The translations under genes and the position numbers were made by a program. DNA of 32,000 bases, from the NCBI RefSeq assembly GCF_000011805.1, contig NC_006840.2; one strand, given 5' to 3'. Shown here in pieces: positions 1 through 10,188 of the stretch. Every line of letters starts with the position of its first letter. Position 1 is the stretch's first letter. Under the pieces are notes generated by a model. It searched no databases. It had not been told where the DNA came from and saw only the letters and a program-made list of their open reading frames with translations. Source of the DNA: Aliivibrio fischeri ES114. Lineage in GTDB: Bacteria > Pseudomonadota > Gammaproteobacteria > Enterobacterales > Vibrionaceae.

Positions 1-1
1 T

Positions 2-865
2 TGGCTTTTCCCTCTATTTGCCACCCTATTTGGGTTGCTTGTTGGTAGTTTTTTAAATGTCGTAATTTATCGTTTACCCATCATGATGGAAAAGGAATGG
101 AAAAAAGACTGCATTGATTGCTTTCCAGATCTTGCCCCTAAAAAAACAAGTGAAGAAAAAGAAGAAACCTTTAACTTAAGTGTTCCTCGCTCTCGCTGCC
201 CAAAGTGTCAAACTCAAATTAAATTCTATGACAACATTCCTGTCATTAGCTGGCTTTTATTAAAAGGAAAATGTCGTCAATGCAGTAACCCTATCAGTTT
301 TCGATATCCTGCAATTGAACTACTATCAGGCGCAATGTGTTTTGCCGTTTCATACTTATTACCCTTCTCATATTTTGCTGTTGCTGCCGTTCTATTTACT
401 CTAGTTTTGATCGCATTAACCTTTATCGATATTGATACCATGTTACTGCCAGATCAAATCACCCTACCTCTACTATGGAGTGGTCTATACTTAGCTCTAG
501 TGGGTTGGAGTTCAGTGAGCTTAGTTGATTCTGTTGTTGGTGCAATGGCTGGCTATTTGATTTTATGGTCTATTTACTGGGGCTTTAAGCTGCTTACAGG
601 CAAAGAAGGCATGGGTTATGGTGATTTCAAATTACTGGCGGCTCTTGGAGCATGGCTTGGTTGGCAGCAGCTACCATTGATCATTCTATTATCTTCTGTT
701 GTCGGAGCAATCATTGGCGTCATCATGCTAACCGCTCAAAAGAAAGGGTTTGACAAAGCAATTCCCTTTGGTCCTTATTTAGCTATTGCTGGCTGGGTTT
801 GCCTATTATGGGGACAAAACATTAGCCAATGGTATTTTAATCACATTCTAGGTTTGCCACTATGA
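2..865 (+). CDS. pilD: Type 4 prepilin peptidase/methyltransferase PilD, 5' partial
   Basis: Frame is open from base 2 ([26 protein letters not shown]...), upstream of the tracked start at 35. Has two CxxC pairs (CPKCQTQ, CRQCSNP) and the GxGD-type motif [16 protein letters not shown] typical of prepilin peptidases. Confidence 0.96.
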   Translation, partial: WLFPLFATLFGLLVGSFLNVVIYRLPIMMEKEWKKDCIDCFPDLAPKKTSEEKEETFNLSVPRSRCPKCQTQIKFYDNIPVISWLLLKGKCRQCSNPISFRYPAIELLSGAMCFAVSYLLPFSYFAVAAVLFTLVLIALTFIDIDTMLLPDQITLPLLWSGLYLALVGWSSVSLVDSVVGAMAGYLILWSIYWGFKLLTGKEGMGYGDFKLLAALGAWLGWQQLPLIILLSSVVGAIIGVIMLTAQKKGFDKAIPFGPYLAIAGWVCLLWGQNISQWYFNHILGLPL

Positions 866-1484
866 GTTATGTCGTAGCAATTACTGGTGGTATTGGTAGT
901 GGAAAAACTACCGTTGCCGATCGCTTTCAAGCACTCTATAACATCAATATTGTTGATGCTGATATTATTGCTCGTGAAGTTGTTAATCCAGGAACCGAAG
1001 GATTAATCCAAATAGAGCAACATTTTGGACCACAAATCTTACTGGACGATGGCCATTTAAATAGAGCGAAGTTGCGTGAGTGTATTTTTTCTGAACCTAG
1101 TGAAAAACAGTGGCTCAATGATTTATTACATCCATTGATCCGTTCAGAGATGCAACGTCAAATAGCTTTATCCACTTCAGAGTACACATTGCTTGTAGTG
1201 CCTCTTTTAGTTGAGAATAAGTTACAATATTTAGCAAATCGTGTACTTGTTGTTGATGTTTTGGAGCAAACTCAAATTAATCGCACTGTAAATCGTGATA
1301 AAGTAAATCATCAACAAGTTAAAGCAATTCTTGCTTCACAAGCATCAAGAGAAGAACGTTTAGCGGCTGCGGATGATATAATTAATAACGATCACAAAAT
1401 AATGACTTAGATATGAAAATATCTCTGCTACATGAGAAATATCTGCTATTGTCTCTGGCATCTATAAATAAAGAGAATGAATAA
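862..1484 (+). CDS. coaE: Dephospho-CoA kinase CoaE, with apparent frameshift near 1396-1400 (uninterrupted frame ends at 1410)
   Basis: P-loop GGIGSGKTT and [10 protein letters not shown] match CoaE. The frame stops at 1410, but the -1 frame continues as [28 protein letters not shown] to 1484, matching the usual CoaE C-terminus (LHxxYLxLA). Confidence 0.9.
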
Positions 1485-1489
1485 CGACT

Positions 1490-2236
1490 ATGAATGGATT
1501 GGGTATGCAAAAATTTGAACACCCTTTAAATGAAAGGACTCGAATTTATTTACGAATAGAATCTCTATTTCGTAAATTAGGGCATTCCGCTGATTTAACA
1601 CAACCATTTGAATACCAAGTTTTTTTCAGTTCTTTATTTAATATGCTTGATATCTTAGAACAGGTACAAGTAAAAGCAGAGCTAGGTAAAGATCTAGAAA
1701 AGCTTCGCTTACAATATCGAGCTTGGATGGACATTGAAGGCGTTGATCAATCAGCACTACTTTCTGTACTTGAACAGATCAGTCAGGTACATCAAAACTT
1801 AATGCAAACCACTCGCCCAGGTCACTCTTTAAAAGAGGATCGCTTCCTTTCTGCATTAAAACAACGCTTCTTTATTCCTGGTGGAGATTGCTGTTTTGAC
1901 TTACCAGCTCTACATCATTGGCTACATTTACCATTAGAAGTGCGCTGCCGTAATACGCATAATTGGATGGCACAGCTCCTTTCTCTTTCTGATGCATTAT
2001 CTTTATGGTTAAGACTAACTAGAGAAACAGCACGCTTTGAGCCTCAAATCGCTCGTAATGGATTCATGCAGAGTGAAATGGAAAATGCCAACTTACTTCG
2101 TCTGGAAATACCAATTGATCAAGGTGTTTATCCAATGATCTCTGGGCATAAAAGTCGTTTTGCGTTACGCTTTATGTCTTTTGAAACAAATAAGAATTGC
2201 GAAAAAGATATCGAGTTCACGCTTGCTGTCTGCTGA
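1490..2236 (+). CDS. zapD: Cell division protein ZapD (YacF family); true start may be ATG at 1505
   Basis: [23 protein letters not shown]-terminus and conserved position between coaE and yacG. Confidence 0.95.
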   Translation: MNGLGMQKFEHPLNERTRIYLRIESLFRKLGHSADLTQPFEYQVFFSSLFNMLDILEQVQVKAELGKDLEKLRLQYRAWMDIEGVDQSALLSVLEQISQVHQNLMQTTRPGHSLKEDRFLSALKQRFFIPGGDCCFDLPALHHWLHLPLEVRCRNTHNWMAQLLSLSDALSLWLRLTRETARFEPQIARNGFMQSEMENANLLRLEIPIDQGVYPMISGHKSRFALRFMSFETNKNCEKDIEFTLAVC

Positions 2237-2243
2237 GGAAACT

Positions 2244-2453
2244 ATGACAAAACCAACGACAGAGCAACCAACTACAGTTAAATGTCCAACATGTCAGTCT
2301 GCTGTTATTTGGAATGCTGAAAGCCCATTTCGTCCATTTTGTAGTAAAAAATGCCAAATGATTGATTTTGGTGAATGGGCTGATGAAGAAAAATCGATTC
2401 CGGGGGCTCCCGATATGTCAGACTCTGATGGTTGGTCTGAAGATCAATACTAA
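2244..2453 (+). CDS. yacG: DNA gyrase inhibitor YacG, small zinc-binding protein
   Basis: [10 protein letters not shown]...[21 protein letters not shown]: four-Cys YacG signature. The tracked ORF from 2160 overlaps zapD; ATG at 2244 is the sensible start. Confidence 0.95.
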   Translation: MTKPTTEQPTTVKCPTCQSAVIWNAESPFRPFCSKKCQMIDFGEWADEEKSIPGAPDMSDSDGWSEDQY

Positions 2454-2467
2454 TACCGATTCCAAAT

Positions 2468-2497
2468 AAAAAAGCGATCATCATGATCGCTTTTTTT
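2468..2497 (+). terminator. Rho-independent terminator after yacG
   Basis: AGCGATCAT-c-ATGATCGCT stem followed by TTTTTTT, with A-run on the left, so possibly bidirectional. Confidence 0.85.
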
Positions 2498-2522
2498 GTA
2501 CCTATTATATGAAGTCAGAGAA

Positions 2523-2924
2523 TTATGAACTAAATTGCTCTACGACTTTATTTAATACAGGTACATTCGCTTCAGGAAACTCATACTCTTTAAGCGAGGA
2601 AATAGATACCCACAAACCTTCTTGCCCTTCTTTACCATAAGGTTGGTTATCAAACTGAGTTACCGTAAAAAAATCAAAATAAAGCGATTTATCAGGATAG
2701 TCATGAGATAAAGATTCAAATATATCGAGCTCAGTTGAGTTAATACCAATCTCTTCATTCAACTCTCTTATCAGAGCTTGTTCTGCACTTTCTCCTGCTT
2801 CAACTTTACCTCCAGGAAACTCCCAAAAGCCTCCTTTATGTACTTTATCTGGACGTTTAGTAATAAAGACTTGGCTCTTTTCTGCATTTAAAATGATTGC
2901 AGCAACTATATGTAATCGTTTCAT
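2523..2924 (-). CDS. mutT: 8-oxo-dGTP diphosphatase MutT (Nudix)
   Basis: Nudix box GGKVEAGESAEQALIRELNEEIGI; 133 aa. Confidence 0.93.
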   Translation of the reverse strand: MKRLHIVAAIILNAEKSQVFITKRPDKVHKGGFWEFPGGKVEAGESAEQALIRELNEEIGINSTELDIFESLSHDYPDKSLYFDFFTVTQFDNQPYGKEGQEGLWVSISSLKEYEFPEANVPVLNKVVEQFSS

Positions 2925-2957
2925 GTATAACCTTTTCTATATCCATATCACGCTTAT

Positions 2958-2987
2958 AAAAAAGCCGCTAAATGATAGCGGCTTTTA
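2958..2987 (-). terminator. Rho-independent terminator after secA
   Basis: AAAAGCCGCTA-aatga-TAGCGGCTTTT stem-loop with flanking T/A runs, between secA and mutT. Confidence 0.75.
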
Positions 2988-3015
2988 TTTTTCAATTAAG
3001 AACAATAAGTATCAA

Positions 3016-5739
3016 CTAGATCTTACCGTGACATTGTTTGTATTTCTTACCTGAACCACATGGGCAAGGTTCATTACGACCCACTTTACGTTCTTCACGA
3101 ACCATTGGAGAATGAGCTTCTTCTGCACCTTCGCCATCATCTAGCTGATTTTCAGCATTTTGATGTTGTAGCTGTTGACGTCGAGCGGCTTCTTCAGCTT
3201 GTAAACGACGTTGCTCTTCCATACGCTCTACATCTTCTTGCTGTTGAACTCGAACTTTACTTAAGATCGAAACAACATCAAATTTTAACGTATCAAGTAA
3301 ACCTTCAAACAACTCAAACGACTCACGCTTGTACTCTTGTTTCGGGTTTTTCTGAGCATAACCACGCAAGTGAATACCTTGACGTAAGTGATCCATTGCA
3401 GCTAAGTGCTCTTTCCATAGGCCATCAAGTGTTTGTAGCATAACCGCTTTTTCAAAGTTACGTAGAACTGATTCGCCAACAGACTCTTCTTTCTCTTTGT
3501 AAACTTGTACAGCAGCTTCGATGATTTTTTCACGTAGGTTATCTTCATGAAGTTTATCATCGTTATCTAGCCACTCTTGAAGTGGAAGATCCAAATCAAA
3601 ATCAGCACGTAGACGAATCGTTAGTCCTTCAACATCCCACATTTCTTCTAAAGATTGAGGTGGAATGTATTGACCAAATAGACCTTCAAGAACTTCTTGA
3701 CGGTTGTAACCAATCATTTCGCTGATATCATCAACATTCATTAACTCGTCACGCAGTTCATAAACAACTTTACGCTGATCATTTGCTACATCATCGTATT
3801 CAAGCAATTGCTTACGAATATCAAAGTTACGACCTTCAACTTTACGTTGTGCATTTTCAATCGCTTTAGTTACCCATGGGTGTTCGATTGCTTCACCTTC
3901 TTCCATACCTAACTTCTTCATCATGCCTGATACACGATCCGAAGCAAAGATACGCATTAGTGCATCTTCCATTGATAGGTAGAAACGAGAAGAACCAGCA
4001 TCACCTTGACGACCAGCACGACCACGTAATTGGTTATCAATACGGCGAGATTCATGGCGCTCAGTACCGATAATATGTAAACCACCAGAAGCAAGAACAG
4101 CATCATGTGCTTCTTTCCATTTCGCTTTTACTGCTTGGATTTGCTCTTCTGTTGGATCTGATAGTTTAGCAACATCTGCCTGCCAACTACCGCCTAACAC
4201 GATATCTGTACCACGACCAGCCATGTTAGTTGCGATAGTTACAGCGCTTGCAGTACCTGCATTAGCAACGATATCGGCTTCTTGTTCGTGGAATTTCGCA
4301 TTAAGTACGTTATGTTTAATTTTTGCTTTTTTCAGTGCATTTGAAAGCAATTCTGATTTTTCAATCGAAACCGTACCAACAAGAACCGGTTGGCCACGCT
4401 CAGAACAGCCCTTAATGTCTTCAATGATAGCCGCAAATTTTTCTGCTTCTGTCATATAAACTAAATCACCCATGTCATTACGAGCCATTGGGCGGTTAGT
4501 TGGAATAACAACCGTATCTAAACCATAGATTGATTGGAATTCAAATGCTTCTGTGTCCGCAGTACCTGTCATACCTGACAGTTTGTCATATAAACGGAAG
4601 AAGTTTTGGAATGTAATAGAAGCCAATGTTTGGTTTTCGTTCTGAATCTTAACACCTTCTTTTGCCTCAACAGCTTGGTGTAAACCTTCAGACCAACGAC
4701 GACCAGGCATTGTACGACCTGTATGCTCATCAACAATGATTACTTCATCATCTTTTACAATGTAATCGACATCTTTTTCAAATAACACATGCGCACGTAA
4801 AGCAGCATTAATATGATGAAGCAGGCTAATATTTGCAGGAGAATACAACGTATCATCTTCTTCCATTAAGCCAGCATCTTTAAGCAGTTGCTCAACAAAC
4901 TCTTGACCGTTTTCGGTTAAGTGCGTTTGTTTGCCTTTTTCATCTAGTGTGTAGTGACCTTCACCACGGTATTCTTCACTGTCTTCTTCGTCTTGCTTAA
5001 CAAGTTGAGGGATAAGAGTGTTGATACGGATATACAGTTCAGAACTATCTTCAGCAGGGCCAGAAATAATTAGAGGAGTACGAGCTTCATCGATTAAGAT
5101 TGAATCCACTTCATCGACTACCGCAAAATAACGCTCACGTTGAACACGATCTTCCGCACGGAAAGCCATATTGTCACGTAGGTAATCAAAACCAAATTCG
5201 TTGTTTGTGCCGTATAGAATGTCACATAAGTAAGCTTGTTTTTTCTCTTGAGGTGGCATGTTTGGAACGTTTACACCAACAGTCATGCCTAAGAATTCAA
5301 ATAACTCACGGTTTGTTTCAGCATCACGCTTAGCTAAGTAGTCATTCACGGTAACAACGTGAACACCTTTACCAGTTAATGCATTCAAATAACATGGCAA
5401 TGTTGCTGTTAGTGTTTTACCTTCACCTGTACGCATCTCTGCGATTTGGCTATCGTTTAGTACCATACCGCCAATCATTTGAACATCAAAGTGACGCATA
5501 CCATATAAACGCTTAGATGCTTCACGTACTGTAGCAAATGCTTCTGGAAGTAAACTGTCTAAATCTTCACCTTGCTCTAAACGTGCACGGAACTCGATTG
5601 TTTTCGCTTTTAATTCTTCATCTTGTAGTGATTCGAATTGTGGTTCAAGTTTATTAATTTGGTCTACGATTTTACGTAGCTTACGTAATGTACGATCATT
5701 ACGGCTACCAATAACTTTAGTTAGAATTTTAGAAAACAT
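3016..5739 (-). CDS. secA: Preprotein translocase ATPase SecA
   Basis: 907 aa. [33 protein letters not shown], and C-terminal zinc motif [20 protein letters not shown]. Confidence 0.99.
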   Translation of the reverse strand: MFSKILTKVIGSRNDRTLRKLRKIVDQINKLEPQFESLQDEELKAKTIEFRARLEQGEDLDSLLPEAFATVREASKRLYGMRHFDVQMIGGMVLNDSQIAEMRTGEGKTLTATLPCYLNALTGKGVHVVTVNDYLAKRDAETNRELFEFLGMTVGVNVPNMPPQEKKQAYLCDILYGTNNEFGFDYLRDNMAFRAEDRVQRERYFAVVDEVDSILIDEARTPLIISGPAEDSSELYIRINTLIPQLVKQDEEDSEEYRGEGHYTLDEKGKQTHLTENGQEFVEQLLKDAGLMEEDDTLYSPANISLLHHINAALRAHVLFEKDVDYIVKDDEVIIVDEHTGRTMPGRRWSEGLHQAVEAKEGVKIQNENQTLASITFQNFFRLYDKLSGMTGTADTEAFEFQSIYGLDTVVIPTNRPMARNDMGDLVYMTEAEKFAAIIEDIKGCSERGQPVLVGTVSIEKSELLSNALKKAKIKHNVLNAKFHEQEADIVANAGTASAVTIATNMAGRGTDIVLGGSWQADVAKLSDPTEEQIQAVKAKWKEAHDAVLASGGLHIIGTERHESRRIDNQLRGRAGRQGDAGSSRFYLSMEDALMRIFASDRVSGMMKKLGMEEGEAIEHPWVTKAIENAQRKVEGRNFDIRKQLLEYDDVANDQRKVVYELRDELMNVDDISEMIGYNRQEVLEGLFGQYIPPQSLEEMWDVEGLTIRLRADFDLDLPLQEWLDNDDKLHEDNLREKIIEAAVQVYKEKEESVGESVLRNFEKAVMLQTLDGLWKEHLAAMDHLRQGIHLRGYAQKNPKQEYKRESFELFEGLLDTLKFDVVSILSKVRVQQQEDVERMEEQRRLQAEEAARRQQLQHQNAENQLDDGEGAEEAHSPMVREERKVGRNEPCPCGSGKKYKQCHGKI

Positions 5740-5850
5740 GATTCCGTTGCTTCTCTTTATCTCTTGATCATTAATGATCTGGTTTAATCTGAAATGTGAA
5801 TCAATCGCCTAGAGTTTACTCTAAGAAAAATACTTCTTTTATATACTTAC

Positions 5851-5879
5851 CTTATGGGGATGAGGCTTTGATTTTTCAA
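5851..5879 (-). promoter_or_regulatory. Candidate sigma70 promoter for secA
   Basis: Minus strand TTGAAA (5874-5879), 17-nt spacer, CATAAG (5851-5856). Good -35, mediocre -10. Confidence 0.3.
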
Positions 5880-6013
5880 GGCCACATTAGATAGTTGTGT
5901 TGCTTGTCATCATAAGTAATAATTAAGAAAGTATAAGCGATAACGTGAAGCAATCCTAAGGTAAATCTGTAGAGTTTGATTTCAATTCTGAAAAATTCAG
6001 ATCTAATTGGCAT
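5876..6013 (-). CDS. Possible small leader ORF (45 aa) with hydrophobic segment upstream of secA
   Basis: ATG to TGA: MPIRSEFFRIEIKLYRFTLGLLHVIAYTFLIITYDDKQHNYLMWP*. Below the ORF-track length cutoff. Position is analogous to secM, but no arrest motif is recognisable and the ribosome binding site is weak. Confidence 0.3.
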   Translation of the reverse strand: MPIRSEFFRIEIKLYRFTLGLLHVIAYTFLIITYDDKQHNYLMWP

Positions 6014-6071
6014 TTATTACTTTTTCTTTAGTACTCACCACCAAATAACGCACGATTTATAAGAGTTTTTA

Positions 6072-6542
6072 GTGATGCGAGACCATAGACCACAACCGGC
6101 AAACGATTTTTTCAATAATACTCGTTTTAAAGATCTGCAAGAAAAAGCGATCATTTTGTCAAAGCTATCTCATGTACTTGAAGATGCACTGCCTACAGGC
6201 TGTGAAAATCATTGCCGTGTGGCAAATTATCGCCAAGGATCATTGGTGATCGAGGTATCAAGTAGTGTTTGGGCAACAAGAATTAATTACGAAAGACTAA
6301 CTTTGTTGTCTGTTTTTCGTAAGCATGGCTTACCTGGTCTTTCTAACTTAGAAGTAAAGATCAACCCTGATCTTGCTCGATCTTTTGTCGGTGAAAAACC
6401 TGCCGTTTATAAATCAGAGAAACAAGCAAAACGTGAGCTATCTGCTGCGGCCGCAAGTGCATTAGAGATGGTAGCAGAAACAGCATCTCCTAAATTAAAA
6501 AAGCGTTTAGAAAGTCTCGCTGCATTAGCAAATAGAAAGTAA
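6072..6542 (+). CDS. dciA: DciA-family (DUF721) DnaB helicase loader/operator
   Basis: 156 aa with DUF721-like body (LSHVLEDALPTGCENHCRVANYRQGSLVIEVSSSVWATRINYERLTLLSVFRKHGLPGLSNLEVKINP). Its position next to secA is as I recall it for Vibrio. Confidence 0.82.
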   Translation: MMRDHRPQPANDFFNNTRFKDLQEKAIILSKLSHVLEDALPTGCENHCRVANYRQGSLVIEVSSSVWATRINYERLTLLSVFRKHGLPGLSNLEVKINPDLARSFVGEKPAVYKSEKQAKRELSAAAASALEMVAETASPKLKKRLESLAALANRK

Positions 6543-6570
6543 GAAGTAGAACTAAGAAAATATTAGATAC

Positions 6571-6601
6571 AAAAAAGCCAAGCATTCGCTTGGCTTTTTT
6601 A
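6571..6601. terminator. Bidirectional terminator between dciA and lpxC
   Basis: AAAAAAGCCAAGC-attc-GCTTGGCTTTTTT, between convergent genes. Confidence 0.92.
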
Positions 6602-6618
6602 ATTTGATGATGTGTTAC

Positions 6619-7536
6619 TTACGCAAGTACCATTCCTGGTTGCATAAATGCAACTGGAGACTCTTGCTCATCCTCAATGGTCGTCCACTCCCATGCTTCT
6701 TGATCTGCAAGAACTGCACGAAGTAGCTGATTATTCAAAGCGTGACCTGATTTGTATGCACGAAGTTCACCTAGAATACTATGACCTGACATATATAGGT
6801 CACCAACAGCATCTAGAACTTTATGCGTTACAAATTCATTATCAAAGCGTAAACCGTCTTCATTTAGGATTCGGTAATCATCAAGTACGATTGCACAATC
6901 AAAGCTACCACCTAAACATAGGTTTTGCGATTGTAAGTACTCGATATCACGCATAAACCCAAAAGTACGAGCTCGTGAAATATCTTTGATAAACGATTGG
7001 CTTGAAAAATCAAACACTAACTTTTGGTCATCTGATTCAATCGCAGGGTGATTAAAGTCAATAGTGAAATCTAAACGGAAACCGTTGTAAGGACGAATTT
7101 CAGCCCACTTATCACCATCTTCTATGCGAACAGGTTTCTTAATACGAATGAATTTCTTCGCTGTATTAAGTTCTTCAATACCTGCAGATTGTAAAAGATA
7201 TACAAAAGGACTTGCACTGCCATCCATAATTGGAATTTCAGGAGCATCAACCTCGATAACAACGTTATCAATGCCCATGCCTGCTAAAGCAGCATTCAAG
7301 TGCTCAACCGTTGAGATACGTACGCCTTCATCATTAACTAACGCTGTACATAGCATCGTGTCACGAACTGACTCTGGATCCGCAGGGAAATCAACTGGCG
7401 GATTAAGGTCTGTACGACGATAAATCACACCTGTGTTCGCAGCTGCTGGACGAAGAGTAAGCGTAACTTTACGGCCTGAGTGTAAACCCACGCCTGTCAT
7501 TTGTACGATACTTTTCAGTGTACGTTGTCTGATCAT
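6619..7536 (-). CDS. lpxC: UDP-3-O-acyl-N-acetylglucosamine deacetylase LpxC
   Basis: [21 protein letters not shown]..., [29 protein letters not shown]-type motif ([14 protein letters not shown]). Confidence 0.99.
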   Translation of the reverse strand: MIRQRTLKSIVQMTGVGLHSGRKVTLTLRPAAANTGVIYRRTDLNPPVDFPADPESVRDTMLCTALVNDEGVRISTVEHLNAALAGMGIDNVVIEVDAPEIPIMDGSASPFVYLLQSAGIEELNTAKKFIRIKKPVRIEDGDKWAEIRPYNGFRLDFTIDFNHPAIESDDQKLVFDFSSQSFIKDISRARTFGFMRDIEYLQSQNLCLGGSFDCAIVLDDYRILNEDGLRFDNEFVTHKVLDAVGDLYMSGHSILGELRAYKSGHALNNQLLRAVLADQEAWEWTTIEDEQESPVAFMQPGMVLA

Positions 7537-7595
7537 ATGCTCATCTCAACTATAAATATGCTTAATTTCAAACCAATTCTAAGAACTGGTCTGAC

Positions 7596-7625
7596 ATTCT
7601 AGCACACAATTTTTCATAAAACCAA
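7596..7625 (-). promoter_or_regulatory. Candidate extended -10 promoter for lpxC
   Basis: Minus strand TTGGTT, 18-nt spacer, TGC-TAGAAT (extended -10), in the ftsZ-lpxC gap. Confidence 0.45.
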
Positions 7626-7641
7626 ATCGTTTGATGATTAA

Positions 7642-8892
7642 TTAGTCAGCTTGGCGTCGTAAAAACGCTGGGATATCTAAATAATCTTCTTTCTGATCTG
7701 GCTTAGCTTGTGCCGCACCCGCATTCTGAACACCAGCCGCTGGTGATGTAGATGGCGCAGATGGCTGTGCTGCTGGTTTAGTTACTTGCACGTTTTGTGC
7801 CGCTTTTTCAACCACAGGTTCAACTGGAGCTTCAACTTTTGGTTTTACTTGTGCTTGAACCGCAGGTTGCGCTGCTGGAGCCGATTGAGCAGGAGCCGCT
7901 GCTTTATTCGTCACTAACGTGATTTCAGGCTTTTTTTCAGTACCGATACCTGTAGCAACAACCGTTACGCGAATTTCGTCACTCATATCAGGATCAAGAG
8001 AAGTACCAATAACAACCGTTGCGTTATCTGATGCAAATGCTTTCACTGTATTACCAACAGTTTCAAATTCATCAAGACGCATATCTAAACCTGCAGTGAT
8101 GTTAACAAGAACACCACGAGCACCAGCAAGATCGATATCTTCAAGTAACGGACTTGAAATCGCTTCTTCTGCTGCTTGTTCTGCACGATCTTCGCCTACT
8201 GCGATACCGCTACCCATCATTGCATGTCCCATTTCAGACATAACTGTACGAACATCGGCGAAATCGACGTTGATCATACCAGGACGAGTAATAAGTTCTG
8301 CGATACCTTGAACAGCATTACGAAGAACATCATTCGCTTTTGCAAATGCTTCTAATAACGTAATACCACGGCCAAGAACTTTTAATAATTTTTCGTTTGG
8401 AATCGTAATTAATGAGTCAACATGTTTTGATAACTCTTCGATACCTTGCTCAGCAAAAGCAAGACGCTTACGACCTTCAAAGCTAAATGGTTTTGTAACC
8501 ACAGCAACTGTTAGAATATTTAATTCTTTAGCAACTTCAGCAATAATAGGAGCTGCACCAGTACCTGTACCGCCGCCCATACCAGCTGCGATAAATACCA
8601 TATCAGCGCCCGCTAACACTTCTTTCAGTGCTTCACGGTCTTCTAGAGCTGCATCACGGCCTACTTGCGGGTTTGCACCAGCACCTAATCCTTTAGTGAT
8701 GTCGCCACCAATTTGAATAACGGTGTTCACGCTCGTTTTACGAAGCGCTTGTGCATCAGTATTTACACTGATGAACTCAACGCCTTCAATTGATTCTCGT
8801 ACCATGTGCTCGATAGCATTACCGCCACCGCCACCTACACCAACAACTTTAATTACTGCGTCGTCGGACATTTCCATCATCGGCTCAAACAT
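7642..8892 (-). CDS. ftsZ: Cell division GTPase FtsZ
   Basis: GGGTGTG tubulin signature ([13 protein letters not shown]), C-terminal conserved peptide [14 protein letters not shown]. Confidence 0.99.
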   Translation of the reverse strand: MFEPMMEMSDDAVIKVVGVGGGGGNAIEHMVRESIEGVEFISVNTDAQALRKTSVNTVIQIGGDITKGLGAGANPQVGRDAALEDREALKEVLAGADMVFIAAGMGGGTGTGAAPIIAEVAKELNILTVAVVTKPFSFEGRKRLAFAEQGIEELSKHVDSLITIPNEKLLKVLGRGITLLEAFAKANDVLRNAVQGIAELITRPGMINVDFADVRTVMSEMGHAMMGSGIAVGEDRAEQAAEEAISSPLLEDIDLAGARGVLVNITAGLDMRLDEFETVGNTVKAFASDNATVVIGTSLDPDMSDEIRVTVVATGIGTEKKPEITLVTNKAAAPAQSAPAAQPAVQAQVKPKVEAPVEPVVEKAAQNVQVTKPAAQPSAPSTSPAAGVQNAGAAQAKPDQKEDYLDIPAFLRRQAD

Positions 8893-8924
8893 TTGTTCTC
8901 TCCGTTTCTTCCTGTTCGCTCAGG

Positions 8925-10187
8925 TTAAAACTCTTTTAGTATCCAATTTTTAAATTTCTTTATTACGGTAGTAAAAGATTGGCTCTTACTTGGCACATAA
9001 TCTTCATCGTCATGTAGCTGACTTTCTTTACCGTAATGTAAAAGCCCTACAGCTGTTGCTTGATAAGGTTCTTTTACGTAATCTGTTAGGCCTGTCACCT
9101 CTAAAGGTTGACCAATTCTAACTTGAGTTTGGAACACACGCTCAGCGCAGTCAACCAAACCTTCAATCTGTGACCCACCACCAGTCAATACAATACCAGC
9201 AGCAAGATGATGTTTTGTACCTTCAGCGCGTAATTGGTCTTGAATTGAGACAATTCGCTGATTTACAAGACCAAGCAGTTCAGAATACCTTGGTTCGATA
9301 ACTTCTGCTAGCATTCTTCGCTGTAAACTTCGAGATGGACGTCCGCCAACACTTGGAACATTGACCGTTTCATCTCGATTAATATGCTCACTTATCGCAC
9401 AACCATATTTTACTTTTAATTTTTCAGCATCGTTAAATGGCGTACCAAAAGCATAAGCTATATCACTTGTTACTGCATTTCCGGCATAAGGTAATACTTC
9501 AGCATGGCGTAATGAACCGTCAGTCCAAATTGCGATATCCATTGTGCCAGCACCGATATCAACAACACAAACACCTAAATCACGCTCATCTTCTGTAATA
9601 ACTGCATTACTTGAAGCTAAGCCAGAAAAAATAATATGTTCAACTTTTAAACCACAACGTTCTACCGCTTTCACTATATTACGTGCCATATCATTATGGC
9701 AGGTAATAAGATGAACGCTAACTTCCATTCTCATTCCTGATAACCCAATAGGGTTTCTGATCCCTTTTTGAACATCAATAGAGAATTCTTGTGGAATTAC
9801 ATGCAATGTACGCTGTTCATCACCTATCTTAACAGATTTTGCAGTATGAATAACGCTATCCATGTCATCTTGAGTCACTTCTTCTTCAGAAATTGACCCC
9901 ATACCTTTCTCGATTTGGCTAGCAATATGTTTGCCAGAAAGAGAGATAAACACTGATGTAATGGTACATTCAGCCATCAATTCAGCTTGATCAATCGCTC
10001 TTTGAACCGATTTTACAACCGATTCTAGGTCGTTTACACCACCTTTATCCATACCACGAGATGGACATGAACCAGAGCCGATAACACTCACTTGGCCATC
10101 AGGTAAAACTTCGCCAACTAACGCTGAAACTTTGTTTGTACCAATGTCTAAACCAACAATAATACTGCCTTCTGGCGTTTTACTCAT
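8925..10187 (-). CDS. ftsA: Cell division protein FtsA
   Basis: IIVGLDIGTNKVSALVGEV, VVDIGAGTMDIAIW and the actin-like fold motifs; adjacent to ftsZ. Confidence 0.99.
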   Translation of the reverse strand: MSKTPEGSIIVGLDIGTNKVSALVGEVLPDGQVSVIGSGSCPSRGMDKGGVNDLESVVKSVQRAIDQAELMAECTITSVFISLSGKHIASQIEKGMGSISEEEVTQDDMDSVIHTAKSVKIGDEQRTLHVIPQEFSIDVQKGIRNPIGLSGMRMEVSVHLITCHNDMARNIVKAVERCGLKVEHIIFSGLASSNAVITEDERDLGVCVVDIGAGTMDIAIWTDGSLRHAEVLPYAGNAVTSDIAYAFGTPFNDAEKLKVKYGCAISEHINRDETVNVPSVGGRPSRSLQRRMLAEVIEPRYSELLGLVNQRIVSIQDQLRAEGTKHHLAAGIVLTGGGSQIEGLVDCAERVFQTQVRIGQPLEVTGLTDYVKEPYQATAVGLLHYGKESQLHDDEDYVPSKSQSFTTVIKKFKNWILKEF

Positions 10188-10188
10188 G

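Noticed and set aside
1393-1404. Programmed -1 frameshifting in coaE
   Set aside because: The local sequence (CACAAAATAATG) is not a canonical X_XXY_YYZ slippery heptamer and no obvious stimulatory hairpin follows. A homopolymer indel is simpler.
3060-3443. 127-aa plus-strand ORF antisense to the secA 3' end, plus other 60-135 aa antisense ORFs such as 7919-8311, 14932-15333 and 20639-21046
   Set aside because: These are shadow ORFs of highly conserved genes (secA, ftsZ, murD, ftsI) with no motifs or plausible independent signals.
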